Shown here one piece after another: positions 29,065 to 39,308 of a DNA stretch of 64,000 bases (position 1 is the stretch's first letter; each line of letters opens with the position of its first letter). The position numbers and the translations under genes are program-made. Under the pieces are notes generated by a model, which saw only the letters and a list, made by a program, of their open reading frames with translations, did not search any database and was not told where the DNA came from. The stretch comes from Candidatus Poribacteria bacterium. GTDB lineage: Bacteria; Poribacteria; WGA-4E; WGA-3G. The stretch is from positions 736,001-800,000 of the forward strand of contig OZ244048.1 in NCBI GenBank assembly GCA_965215265.1, written 5' to 3'.

Positions 29065-29652
29065 TTATTCTACAAACAACGTCGGTTCGCCCAACCCGAC
29101 GTGGTCACAAAAGGTACCTTCTAACTCGTCTACTAAGATTGTGAGTTTATCTGTTCCTTTAGGTATATTGAATTCAATATACGTTCCATTATGTTCAGGG
29201 CGTAATTCTTCCGATTGGTATATTAATTTCTGATCGGAATATGCTAAAAGTCTCACTTTACCGGCACAGGTTGGGTGGGTGATGGCGAAATATGTGCCGA
29301 AGCGAGCCGGTTCTATTTCTGAAATATCATACTTAATAACACTGGGCGCATGCACATATATCCAGTGTTCCCAGACAAACATTTCTGGGAAGTTTTGGAA
29401 AGCTCCAGGTTTTTCTGTTCGTGTGCCATCTGGATATTGCTCCCACACATATTCTCTCCAGCCCCCCCATTCGTCTATCCCATTGACAGGGATTAAAGAA
29501 TTTGCAGAGTTGTGTGTAAGAGTAAGAAGTATATCGGCAGGTGGCGACACTACAGGCATCACCGCTTTTTTTCCCCGATCGCAGCTCGTGATGGAAACAC
29601 ACACCACTGCGATTAGCAACAAGTTCAGAATGATTACACTTTTTCTATTCAT
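29065..29652 (-). CDS. Lipoprotein with NPCBM/NEW2-like carbohydrate-binding domain
   Basis: Lipobox ITSC; IYVHAPS.IKYDI...DHV..GEPTL; start behind GGAG. Confidence 0.7.
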   Translation of the reverse strand: MNRKSVIILNLLLIAVVCVSITSCDRGKKAVMPVVSPPADILLTLTHNSANSLIPVNGIDEWGGWREYVWEQYPDGTRTEKPGAFQNFPEMFVWEHWIYVHAPSVIKYDISEIEPARFGTYFAITHPTCAGKVRLLAYSDQKLIYQSEELRPEHNGTYIEFNIPKGTDKLTILVDELEGTFCDHVGLGEPTLFVE

Positions 29653-29662
29653 TAAAAACTCC

Positions 29663-30319
29663 TTATTTTGTAGTTGTTGAAGTTCCTGCAAACAATGTCG
29701 GTTCGCCAAAGACGAAGTGGTCACACAAGCTTCTTTCTAACTCGTTTACTTCTATTATGAGTATCTTTGTCCCTAAAGGTATATCAAATTCAATATACGT
29801 TCCTGAATCCTGAAGACGCAATTCTTTGGATTGGTATATATATTTCCGATCTGAAAATGCTAAAATCTGCATCGATGCAGCACCGTTGTTCTCAGGATTG
29901 ACGAGGGCGAAATATGCACCAAACCGAGTCGGTTCTATTCCTGAAATATCATATTTCAGCACGCTGGTTGCATGTGAATATATCCAGTGCTCCCAGAAAT
30001 GCCTTTCTGGAAAGTTTTTGTAAGAAGGTGGTTTTGGTGTTTGTGTGCCATCTGGTCTTTGCTCCCACACCCCCGCAACCCAGCCACTCCATTCAGGGAA
30101 ATGATTGATGGGGATTAAAGAATTTGCAGAGTTGTGTGTAAGCGTAAGGAGAATATCATCGGCAGGTGGTTCCTCGGCAGGTGGTTCTGGTGGCACGACT
30201 ACATACCTCACCTCTTTATTTCCGCCACATGAAGTGAGCGACACACACAACACTGCGATAAGCAACAAGTTAATTATCGTTACCACGATGCCTTTTTTCG
30301 GGTTCATCCAATCTTTCAT
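29663..30319 (-). CDS. Lipoprotein with NPCBM/NEW2-like domain (tandem paralog)
   Basis: Lipobox LTSC; shares DILLTLTHNSANSLIP, WEHWIY.HA and CDH..GEPTLF with its neighbour. Confidence 0.7.
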   Translation of the reverse strand: MKDWMNPKKGIVVTIINLLLIAVLCVSLTSCGGNKEVRYVVVPPEPPAEEPPADDILLTLTHNSANSLIPINHFPEWSGWVAGVWEQRPDGTQTPKPPSYKNFPERHFWEHWIYSHATSVLKYDISGIEPTRFGAYFALVNPENNGAASMQILAFSDRKYIYQSKELRLQDSGTYIEFDIPLGTKILIIEVNELERSLCDHFVFGEPTLFAGTSTTTK

Positions 30320-31156
30320 TTCAAAATATCCTTTCGGACGATGTGTCCGTTGTCGATGCGGTTATCGCATCGGTTAGGTTTATAAGTCATTATCGGTTTG
30401 ATTGCGGGCGGGCAGGCGTGCAGGGGCCCGGGGCCTCCGCAAGTGAACACCGCACGCACAAGAAAAAAAGCCCGCAACGGCACCCACCGTCCGAGACGGG
30501 AGGCGTGCAGGCATAAGAAAGCAGCGACGAAGGTAGATGTAGATGCTGCCTGAGTTAATAAAAGGGTTAATTTACGTGAAGTAAGGGGGGGGGGGTCAAT
30601 CGTCTTAACAGGGACTTAAAACACACGACAGCACTGCGTACGCACGCGTTCGCACCAAAACTACAACCCCGCACCACGGGGCAGCTCGTTCTACTTATGG
30701 GGTACACGGACTCTCGGTATTTCATCTGTTCGATTTTTCCCTGTCTGATTCAAGTGAATGCATTTTATTAGAAAACAACGTTTTTTGTCTGACTCAAAGG
30801 TTAGTTTGCATTATCGCATAACGAACGTTTGTTTGTCAACTCTTTTTTTCCGAAATAAAAAATCAACGAAAACATTCTATCAGAAAACAACGCTTTTTGT
30901 CAAACTTTTTTTTGCCTGACTTAGATGTATTGAATCATAACAACGTAAATCTCTGGCGAGATTTGTGCTAAGGCGTTCATTAAAGCAGGCGGTGTTGCGC
31001 TGAAATATACAAATATCTGCCATGGGTGGCGAGCATGGAGAGATAACCCCAAAAAGAAAAGCCGCCGATTACGAAACAGGAAATAGGCGGTTTTTCTATT
31101 AGGAGCTCACAGATGCCTGAGACTCATGTTCTCTGCGTTTCCACTTTTCTCAAATT

Positions 31157-32605
31157 CTATTCATCGGATTCATCCGGATAGTCAATAGACCAGTTGCCAC
31201 GTCCATCACCTGAAGGTACATCGCGCCAGAGTGCCAAGAAATGCTCGGGAGCGTTGTGCTCCACGAGATGTGCGATAAATAACTGGTGCAATTCCGTAAC
31301 GAGAGCCCCATTGTCTTCAGCGATGTTGTTCTCTGCTAATAGATCAACGGACAGATCAAAGAGTTCGGGTGTGCCGTTCTCCCCGATAGGTGCGTAACCC
31401 CAACGTTCGGTGGCGAGGAAAGGCGTTGTTGCACGGCGTGGTACAGTGCCATCCCGTGCGGCGATGTGGCAGCCTGTTACCGCGTAATCACGATGCTGCG
31501 AATCACCGCTCAGGAGTGCAGTTGCGAAGGAACGTCCTTCAAACGGTTTGGGCGGTTCAACACGGACACCTGCCAATTCGCAAAGTGTTGGCATAATATC
31601 CATAGGTTGTGCAATAAGTTCTAGGCGTTGTCCACAAGGTACATCTGCGCCTGCAATTAGGAACATCTCGTGGTTAATCTCTGGATAAGTGGGCCAGTAG
31701 CGCGGGTCTTCCGGGTCTATGTTAGATTTGCCAGTCCGTCCGTGTTCACCAATTGACATTCCGTGGTCAGACATAACAACGAGGAGGGTATCGTTCCATA
31801 ACTCCAGATCCGCCACCTTCTCAAGGATCCGCCCAATATGCCGGTCTACGAGTTCGGATTCCGCAGCATAATGCGCCCATAAGTTGTGCAGCTCTGCATC
31901 AGTATAGAGTGAGGACATCCCGTAGTTCGGATGGAGCATCGGTGCGCCTGTGTAATCCTGATCGTAACGTTTGACGATATATTCAGGCGGATCCCAGGGT
32001 TCATGCGGGTCGAAGAAATCCACCCAGAGGAAGAAGGGACCCGAGCGGTAATTTTCCTCTAACCATCGAATTGTGGTTTCCGACGTTCTGCCGGAGAACG
32101 TTTCAGCCTCATACTGATAATAGCGGTTTGTCCACCGGTGTGTATTAGGCAAGGTATTGCCCCTGAATGAAGGGTGGGGTCGCGTTTTCTCATCTGGCAT
32201 GACAGTTTGAATCGGGTCATTGAGATGCAGTAACGGTTTATCGCCTTCTTGCCCACGGTGTTGGAACGCGGCATCAAATCCGTGTTGGAACCGTGTGTTG
32301 AAAAGATGCGGACAATCACAGATGAGCTGCGTAGCATAACCCTGCGCGCTTAGCAATTGTGCGATATGGTTCGGGCCACTCTGATCGATCGGTTGCCATG
32401 GGTAGTGTGGCCATCCGACCGTTCCGGTGGCAACATCTGTGCGATGCGGAACCGTCGGAAAGCTGCTCATATAGAATTTGTCAATAGCAGTTGCGCGCTC
32501 TGCCTCAAATCTATCCAGCTGCGGGGTCCGAATCGGCCGCTCCGCCCGTTCTCCTAAATTGTCATAGCGGAATGTATCTGTAATCAACAAAATGATGTTT
32601 TTCAT
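31157..32605 (-). CDS. Sulfatase-like / alkaline phosphatase superfamily hydrolase with atypical TVPHR active-site motif
   Basis: NIILLITDTFRYD, DFFDPHEPWDPP, SDHG. Confidence 0.85.
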   Translation of the reverse strand: MKNIILLITDTFRYDNLGERAERPIRTPQLDRFEAERATAIDKFYMSSFPTVPHRTDVATGTVGWPHYPWQPIDQSGPNHIAQLLSAQGYATQLICDCPHLFNTRFQHGFDAAFQHRGQEGDKPLLHLNDPIQTVMPDEKTRPHPSFRGNTLPNTHRWTNRYYQYEAETFSGRTSETTIRWLEENYRSGPFFLWVDFFDPHEPWDPPEYIVKRYDQDYTGAPMLHPNYGMSSLYTDAELHNLWAHYAAESELVDRHIGRILEKVADLELWNDTLLVVMSDHGMSIGEHGRTGKSNIDPEDPRYWPTYPEINHEMFLIAGADVPCGQRLELIAQPMDIMPTLCELAGVRVEPPKPFEGRSFATALLSGDSQHRDYAVTGCHIAARDGTVPRRATTPFLATERWGYAPIGENGTPELFDLSVDLLAENNIAEDNGALVTELHQLFIAHLVEHNAPEHFLALWRDVPSGDGRGNWSIDYPDESDE

Positions 32606-32707
32606 AATTTTCGTGTTTTTGCCTCCTTATTTTGTATAGTGGCGTACCCTGCGGGTTTTTGTCATGTTAAAGTCCCTATAGATTTCGTCACCGGCGGATA
32701 AACTGAT

Positions 32708-33634
32708 TCAGACCTCCTGTTGTGTTGTTTGTAACAGAAATGTTGTTACCACAAGTAGTGTCACAATTACTGCGGCGGCCACGGTAATAGAGAGCTGCGT
32801 AGCGATGAAGCATGGAAAAAAGAGAATTGAACCAATCATTGAACCCTTTAACGCGAAATAGCCATTTTTTTCATTGGGCTGGAGATAGAGCGGGATGCGG
32901 GTTGCAATCGTAGCAACAATGCCCAAAACCACCCAAATGGCATAAGAACTGTGAGCAAGCGGTTGTTCTACCCAGTATGGTAGCAACGCGACAGCGAATG
33001 CTACTACTGTTGCTGTCGCAGATAGGATTAACGCCGCTCGGATGCCGAGTTGAAGCGGTGTTGTGGTGATGCCGAGTTGCTTATCGCGCGAAAGATCTTT
33101 GAAAGTCGTTGTAATGTGCGTGCCGAAGTCGTAAAGTGTCGTTGCACCGAATGCGTACCATACCAAGCGCGGGACCTCGCCGCTCACAACCAGTGCCCCG
33201 AAGATATTTAACAGTCCAATCCCTAAAGGCAGGGTAAGACTCCCTAAGATACCGCGCGCTTTGAAAATGGCATTATAGAGATGCGAAATTGCGACCAGGC
33301 CCATCACTAAAAGTCCGGCTTTGAAGTTCAGCCAAAAGCCGATTAAGACACAGACACCGTAGATAATGCTCGCAGGTATCATTACCTGCCGCGGGGTTAA
33401 CCGCTGAGACGGGAGCGGACGCTCTGGGTTCGTCAAACTATCTGTTTCACGGTGGAAGTAATCATTTTTCATCATTCCGGCGAAGTAACCGCATAGTGCG
33501 ATCAGCAACGCTACTGCTACACGCCACGTGAAACTTCCTTCGCTTGCAATGAGTGCACCTGGCAGTGTAGCCACTATCGGAATCGCAAAGAGCGGATAGC
33601 GGATGAGTTCTAGATAGGCTTTGAATCGATGCAT
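32708..33634 (-). CDS. UbiA family prenyltransferase
   Basis: AYLELIR, NDYFHRETD...PERPLPS, FKDLSRD...G..T.P, multiple TM helices. Confidence 0.85.
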   Translation of the reverse strand: MHRFKAYLELIRYPLFAIPIVATLPGALIASEGSFTWRVAVALLIALCGYFAGMMKNDYFHRETDSLTNPERPLPSQRLTPRQVMIPASIIYGVCVLIGFWLNFKAGLLVMGLVAISHLYNAIFKARGILGSLTLPLGIGLLNIFGALVVSGEVPRLVWYAFGATTLYDFGTHITTTFKDLSRDKQLGITTTPLQLGIRAALILSATATVVAFAVALLPYWVEQPLAHSSYAIWVVLGIVATIATRIPLYLQPNEKNGYFALKGSMIGSILFFPCFIATQLSITVAAAVIVTLLVVTTFLLQTTQQEV

Positions 33635-33702
33635 TTTTTTTACAAGATACAGATATAAATGACGCTGAAAAATCCTATAGGGAAGTAGGTGGTTCCGTTT
33701 AT

Positions 33703-34719
33703 CTAGAAGTTCTCTTGTTGGATCCCTGCTTCTGAGACGCGCGTGGTTCTCGGGTCTAAAGTCTCATCAACACTATAAAATTGATTGCTTTGGGTACCTA
33801 TAGCAAGTTCCGTGACATTGGGGCCAACCTGCTTGTTCCCACTGATAAAATTGTCCCGGAGCCTTCCACCATCATAGACTGCCCATCCGACGTTCATTGT
33901 GATATTGTTAGAAGTAATCTCCGGTGAAGCAGTGGAATAACAGACGATGGCGTGTTGGTAATTTGCACGGATCTCGTTGTAAAAGATACGCGGGCGGGAA
34001 TCATCCTCGCAAATGATGCCGTACTCGTTAGCTGCGAAAGCGTTGTGTTCGATTTGTGGTGCGGACGAACCGCGAAATTGCATCCCTGTTCCGTTCCTAT
34101 TGAACTCGTTATTGGTAATAGTCGGATTACTATTTTCACACAGTATGCCTATATTATTGATGCTGAAGAGACACCTCTCAATCTGAACTGTATCCGCGCC
34201 GATCGTAATACCGGCAGTAGCATGTTGGATTCGACAATACGTTAGACGGCTGTTCGGGCTCTGCGGGTCGATCTGAATGCCGGCCCAATCACCTGCCTTT
34301 GGGGGTACCGCGGTTGTCGTTAAAGTTGCTTCTGCCATTGCTGCGGGGACGGTTGCTGATTCTGTTTCAGTTTCCGGAAGAGGCTCCTGTTTTCCTAAGG
34401 AACCGAAGACTATCATCAAGTCCGGAGATCCTTCTGCGTAGAGTTCACCTTGCACAAGAAGTTGACTCGGGGCCTCCAACGGCTCAAAACCGACGATAGT
34501 TCCGGAACGGATAGTCAACGTTATACCTTGTGGCACAATTACGGTGCCGGTAATGTACACTCGACCGTCCCATACTTCATTTTCTGTCAATTCCCCAGAT
34601 TTCTCCACGATAGCTGAACTTCCAGCCATAGAATCAAAATTGAACGCGCTGCCTTGACATCCGAAATGGAAACAGGTTAGGGCAAAGGTCAAGATGATTT
34701 TTACTGTTGCTCTTTTCAT
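33703..34719 (-). CDS. Lipoprotein with right-handed parallel beta-helix repeats (NosD/pectate lyase-like)
   Basis: Signal ending FGC; LTIRSGT.V.F, GDWAGI, repeated P.I..N.F..N..GI. Confidence 0.8.
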   Translation of the reverse strand: MKRATVKIILTFALTCFHFGCQGSAFNFDSMAGSSAIVEKSGELTENEVWDGRVYITGTVIVPQGITLTIRSGTIVGFEPLEAPSQLLVQGELYAEGSPDLMIVFGSLGKQEPLPETETESATVPAAMAEATLTTTAVPPKAGDWAGIQIDPQSPNSRLTYCRIQHATAGITIGADTVQIERCLFSINNIGILCENSNPTITNNEFNRNGTGMQFRGSSAPQIEHNAFAANEYGIICEDDSRPRIFYNEIRANYQHAIVCYSTASPEITSNNITMNVGWAVYDGGRLRDNFISGNKQVGPNVTELAIGTQSNQFYSVDETLDPRTTRVSEAGIQQENF

Positions 34720-34864
34720 AGTAGTTTAATGATGCTTATAAAATATTTTTGAGACGTTTATAAGCCCTTTCTAAAGTTGCTCTTTTCATAATAACTTCAT
34801 GATACCGCAAAAGATAGTTTTGTTCAAGAGTTTTGACAGAAGTTTTTGTTAACTGCGAAAAAAT

Positions 34865-34893
34865 TTGACATTCTAGATAAAATTTGCTATAAT
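34865..34893 (+). promoter_or_regulatory. Consensus sigma-70 promoter of the ffh operon
   Basis: TTGACA-17 nt-TATAAT exact. Confidence 0.8.
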
Positions 34894-34959
34894 ATTATAA
34901 TTAGAAATAACTGTGCAGTTTTATAACGCAAGTGCCAACATACAAAGGATACCCTTCCG

Positions 34960-36348
34960 ATGTTTGAGAGTTTAAGCAATAGATTGCAAAACACTTTAAA
35001 AAAACTAAAAGGACAAGGGCGTTTAACAGAGAGTAATATCTCGGATGCCCTGCGTGATGTCCGGCGCGCACTTCTGGAAGCAGATGTTAACTATAAAGTC
35101 ACACGTGAGTTTATAGAGCAGGTCAAAGCACGTTCTCTTGGCCAAGAGGTGTTGGGCAGTCTCACTCCTGAGCTCCAAATTGCCCGCGTAATTGGGGAAG
35201 AGTTAACCCAATTGATGGGTGCTGAAGCAGAAAAGATCTGTGTTGCACCCAGCGGTCCAACCGTTGTGATGCTCGTTGGACTGCAAGGTGCAGGCAAAAC
35301 CACAGTTGCTGCGAAATTGGCACTCAAATTTCGCAAAGAGGGACGCAACCCATTACTAGCTGCCGCCGATGTTTACCGTCCGGCTGCTATTAAGCAGCTG
35401 CAGGTACTTGGTGAACAGACTGGAACCCCCGTTTTTTCAATGGGTACGGATGTCTCTCCAGTTAATATTGCAAAGGCATCGGTCAAAGAGGCATTGGTGC
35501 GCGGGCAGAACTGTGTAATTGTAGACACAGCGGGCCGCTTACACATTAATGAAGAATTAATGGGCGAACTGTGCGGTATCAAGGAAGCAGTGAAGCCCTC
35601 AGAAATCTTACTCGTGGTTGATGCAATGACCGGGCAAGATGCCGTAAATGTTGCAGAGCACTTCAACACCGAATTGGATATTGATGGGGTTATCCTCACA
35701 AAAATGGATGGCGATGCCCGCGGTGGCGCGGCTCTCTCTATTCGTCACATTACGCAGAAGCCGATTAAGTTTATCGGGGTCGGTGAGAAAATTGAGGCAG
35801 CGGCATTAGAAGAGTTTCATCCAGAACGGATGGCATCACGTATTCTAGGTCAGGGCGATTTTCAGACGCTGCTCGAAAGAGCAGAAGAGGTTTTCACTGA
35901 AGACCAGGCAAAAGCACTCGAGCGAAAACTCACAGAGAATAAAGGCCTAGATTTTAATGATTTTCTCACGCAGCTTGACCAAATTAGAAATATGGGACCC
36001 TTGGAACAGTTGATGGATATGATTCCGTTTAAAAATCAATTGCCTGTCAAGGATCTCAAGTCTGATGAGAGTCAACTCAAGTACGCAAAAGCGATTATCC
36101 AATCAATGACCCCCGAGGAACGTCAGAGCCCGTCTCTGTTAAATAGGAGCCGGAAAATCCGAATTTCCAAGGGCAGTGGCACAACGGTCAATCAGGTAAA
36201 TAATTTAATAACTCAACTTCGGATGATGAACCGTATGTTAAACCAGCAGACAGCGATGGCGATGCCGCAAATGCGGGCAAAAGTTGGAGCACTACCTCGC
36301 TCGAATCGTAAAGGGAGAAAGCCCCGGCGACGCAAACGCCGCAGATAA
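34960..36348 (+). CDS. ffh: Signal recognition particle protein
   Basis: GLQGAGKTT, DTAGR, TKMDGDARGG, M domain SMTPEER...RISKGSG. Confidence 0.98.
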   Translation: MFESLSNRLQNTLKKLKGQGRLTESNISDALRDVRRALLEADVNYKVTREFIEQVKARSLGQEVLGSLTPELQIARVIGEELTQLMGAEAEKICVAPSGPTVVMLVGLQGAGKTTVAAKLALKFRKEGRNPLLAAADVYRPAAIKQLQVLGEQTGTPVFSMGTDVSPVNIAKASVKEALVRGQNCVIVDTAGRLHINEELMGELCGIKEAVKPSEILLVVDAMTGQDAVNVAEHFNTELDIDGVILTKMDGDARGGAALSIRHITQKPIKFIGVGEKIEAAALEEFHPERMASRILGQGDFQTLLERAEEVFTEDQAKALERKLTENKGLDFNDFLTQLDQIRNMGPLEQLMDMIPFKNQLPVKDLKSDESQLKYAKAIIQSMTPEERQSPSLLNRSRKIRISKGSGTTVNQVNNLITQLRMMNRMLNQQTAMAMPQMRAKVGALPRSNRKGRKPRRRKRRR

Positions 36349-36405
36349 CGAAACCCCTTGCAGCAGCTCGCTTTGTTCGCACACACGGATACTAGGAGGT
36401 ATTTT

Positions 36406-36786
36406 TTGGCAGTTAGAATTAGATTACAACGGCACGGCAGAAAGAAACGGCCTTTTTATAAACTGGTCGCCGCTGATGCACGTGCACAAAGAGATGGTGC
36501 TTTTTTAGAGCATCTCGGGCATTACAATCCCATAACCGAGCCGGCCGACGTTTTCATTGATGAAGAGAAAGCCTTAAAATGGCTCAGAAATGGGGCACAA
36601 CCTTCCGACACTGCAAAACGGTTGCTTTCTAAGCAGGGAATCTGGAAGAAATTTACCTATGAGAAACTTGGGAAACCTTTGCCTGAAACTGAAGATGCAG
36701 AAGAACCGAATGAAGACGTTCAAACCGGAGATACCGAAACGGATGTCTTGCTCACAGAAGCAGCCCCGGAACCAGAAACAGAGTAA
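36406..36786 (+). CDS. rpsP: 30S ribosomal protein S16 (acidic C-terminal extension)
   Basis: [27 protein letters not shown]; TTG start behind AGGAGG. Confidence 0.97.
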   Translation: MAVRIRLQRHGRKKRPFYKLVAADARAQRDGAFLEHLGHYNPITEPADVFIDEEKALKWLRNGAQPSDTAKRLLSKQGIWKKFTYEKLGKPLPETEDAEEPNEDVQTGDTETDVLLTEAAPEPETE

Positions 36787-36996
36787 AAACTTTCGCACGT
36801 CTCATCAACTTCAATGACTTTTTTCGTAAGAGAGCTGAGCTCAATTTAAGCAACAAATTATAAGGGCGCTTGCCCGCACCTGCCCGTTCGGGGTAAGCAT
36901 TCCAAAGTTATTATCGAAATGGCAAAAAGACCTTCACATGATGCACTGAGGATGTTAAACGCCAAACTCGCCTGATCGATAACTTATAGAAAAAAT

Positions 36997-37278
36997 ATGT
37001 TCAAAAATTTGATTGAATACATCGTAAAAGCGCTCGTTGATTATCCAGATCAGGTAGTGGTTCAAGAAATAACTGGCGAAACCGTAGTTATTATTGAATT
37101 GACGGTGAGTGACGAAGATTTAGGGAAAGTCATCGGTAGATATGGACGAACACTTAAAGCAATAAGAAGCGTACTCTATACTGCGGGATTGCGTGCCAAT
37201 AAAAAAGTCATTCTTGAATTGATTGAATCCGCTGAGCCGGAAGAAGCACTCGCTGATGGCGCGCAACATGAAGATTGA
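36997..37278 (+). CDS. khpA: KH domain RNA-binding protein KhpA
   Basis: LIEYIVKALVD.P, DLGKVIGRYGRT; follows rpsP. Confidence 0.93.
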   Translation: MFKNLIEYIVKALVDYPDQVVVQEITGETVVIIELTVSDEDLGKVIGRYGRTLKAIRSVLYTAGLRANKKVILELIESAEPEEALADGAQHED

Positions 37279-37987
37279 TATCCTCGCTCTATTCCCAGAG
37301 ATAATCGCCCCAGCATTGCAAACAGGTATCCTGAGGCGTGCTGAAGCGGCAAATAAACTCACCGTCAACCTCTATAATCTTCGAAGTTGGGCGACGGATA
37401 AACATCAATCCGTTGATGATTATCCTTACGGCGGCGGGGCAGGCATGATTCTCAAACCGGAACCTATCTGGGCGGCAGTTAAGGAATTAAATCCGCAGGC
37501 GACTGCACATATTATATACATGACCCCCCAAGGCAAACCGTTGACGCAGGCCCTTGTGGAGTTATTGTCCTTGGAAACGCACCTCATACTTTTATGTGGA
37601 CGTTACAAAGGGATTGATGAACGTGTCCGCCATAAACTGATAAAAACCGAAATTTCAATCGGTGATTATGTCTTAAGCGGCGGTGAAATTGCTGCGCTTG
37701 TCTTAATTGATGCCATGGCACGTGTGCTCCCAGGCGTACTCGGCGATTACGAATCGGCACAAGTGGATTCGTTTAGCCATGAGCTGCTTGATCATCCGCA
37801 TTACACGCGCCCAGCTGTCTTTGATGGAATGAGCGTACCAGAGGTGCTTTTAAGTGGGAATCACGAAAACATTCAAAAGTGGCGCTATGCCGAGGCACTG
37901 AGGCGGACAGCAAAACGCCGTCCCGAGCTCGTTCACAAACTTGAGCTCACCGAAGACGATATCGCCATTCTTGAACAGCTGGATTGA
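37268..37987 (+). CDS. trmD: tRNA (guanine-N1)-methyltransferase
   Basis: VDDYPYGGGAGM, CGRYKGIDER, SIGDYVLSGGE, PHYTRP. Confidence 0.97.
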   Translation: MKIDILALFPEIIAPALQTGILRRAEAANKLTVNLYNLRSWATDKHQSVDDYPYGGGAGMILKPEPIWAAVKELNPQATAHIIYMTPQGKPLTQALVELLSLETHLILLCGRYKGIDERVRHKLIKTEISIGDYVLSGGEIAALVLIDAMARVLPGVLGDYESAQVDSFSHELLDHPHYTRPAVFDGMSVPEVLLSGNHENIQKWRYAEALRRTAKRRPELVHKLELTEDDIAILEQLD

Positions 37988-38105
37988 TACACTAAAACAT
38001 CAATTTCTTATGAACTTCTGCCCTCTCCTTACGCATCCGTTAACGAACGATTGGGAACGCAGCCGGGCAGCCACTAACGCAACTGAGAATAAGGAGTAAT
38101 AAAAA

Positions 38106-38450
38106 ATGAACTTGATTGAGTCTGTTGAAAGTCAATATATAAAAAGTGACATTCCGGAGTTCGGAGCCGGAGATGTCATCCGGGTTAATACCCGCATCCG
38201 TGAAGGACAGAAAGAACGAATTCAGGCGTATGAAGGTACTGTGATTCGTCGTGCACACGGTGGGGCACGGGAGACGTTTACAGTCCGACGCATTGCCTTT
38301 GGCACCGGAAGCGAGCGAACATTTCCGCTTCACTCCCCCAATATTGAAAGCATTCAGGTGGTTCGATACGGGGCTGTCCGACGTGCAAAGCTGTACTACC
38401 TGCGCGAACGGACCGGTAGAGGGGCTCGTGTTAAAGAACGGAGAAGATAG
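38106..38450 (+). CDS. rplS: 50S ribosomal protein L19
   Basis: EGQKERIQAYEG, ERTFPLHSP, VRRAKLYYLR. Confidence 0.98.
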   Translation: MNLIESVESQYIKSDIPEFGAGDVIRVNTRIREGQKERIQAYEGTVIRRAHGGARETFTVRRIAFGTGSERTFPLHSPNIESIQVVRYGAVRRAKLYYLRERTGRGARVKERRR

Positions 38451-38633
38451 CAGGTCCCAAGGCACATAAGGCATTTAGTTTTACAAATTGGCTTTATCTG
38501 TGTGAATATTTTTTCTGACATTGCAGAAAACGCATATGATATCTCATAAAGACCTTATTTTGTAATCCCGAAAATTAGAAGCGAGAAAACTAAATCGCGC
38601 TGCAAGACACAAGGGTAGCAGGTTAAATTATCT

Positions 38634-39308
38634 TTGGCGAAAATCGGCAAGATGACGAAATTAACATATTTGTCACGTAGGCATATAAATCCAATTTTCA
38701 AATACAATGCTTTTGAGCAGGCTTGCCGGCAAGACGGTTATAAGCAAATTGCCGGTATTGATGAGGCAGGTCGTGGTGCCTTGGCAGGACCGGTCATCGC
38801 CGCTGCAGTGATTCTGCCACCTCTGCGGCAGATTAACGGTTTGCGGGATTCAAAGCAGCTCACAGTGATGCAACGTGAACGATTAGTCGATGAAATCCAA
38901 CAGACGGCTATCTCAGTCGGGATCGGTTCAGCTGACAGCGAAGCCATCGATCAGTCGAACATCTTAGAGGCAACGCTTTTAGCAATGCAGGAAGCAATTA
39001 CAAAACTCACCCCTCAGCCTGATTACCTCCTGGTCGATGGCTTGGATTTGCCGGAAACAGATATTGCAGGGCAGCCAATCGGCAAAGCAATCCCGAGAGG
39101 AGATCGTTTGAGCCCTTCCATCGCCGCAGCTTCCGTTATTGCCAAGGTCACGCGCGACCGGTTGATGGAGGAAAAATTCCATAGTACCTATCCCAACTAC
39201 GGGTTCCGGCAACACAAAGGGTATCCGACTGTGCAACATCGGCAGGCAATAGAAAAGTTTGGACCTTCACAGATCCACCGGCGCACCTTTAAACTGATTG
39301 CAGAGTGA
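38634..39308 (+). CDS. rnhB: Ribonuclease HII
   Basis: GIDEAGRGALAGPV, DSK, IAAASVIAKVTRD, HKGYPT..H; start uncertain. Confidence 0.96.
   Translation: MAKIGKMTKLTYLSRRHINPIFKYNAFEQACRQDGYKQIAGIDEAGRGALAGPVIAAAVILPPLRQINGLRDSKQLTVMQRERLVDEIQQTAISVGIGSADSEAIDQSNILEATLLAMQEAITKLTPQPDYLLVDGLDLPETDIAGQPIGKAIPRGDRLSPSIAAASVIAKVTRDRLMEEKFHSTYPNYGFRQHKGYPTVQHRQAIEKFGPSQIHRRTFKLIAE

Noticed and set aside
26022-31156. Complete DGR (RT, avd, TR) in the window
   Set aside because: No RT motifs in any ORF and no second copy of the VR segment seen; the 27665-27879 duplicate covers a different part of the gene and its mismatches are not adenine-specific
34720-36996. SRP RNA (ffs) near ffh
   Set aside because: No SRP domain IV motif recognised in the flanking intergenic regions
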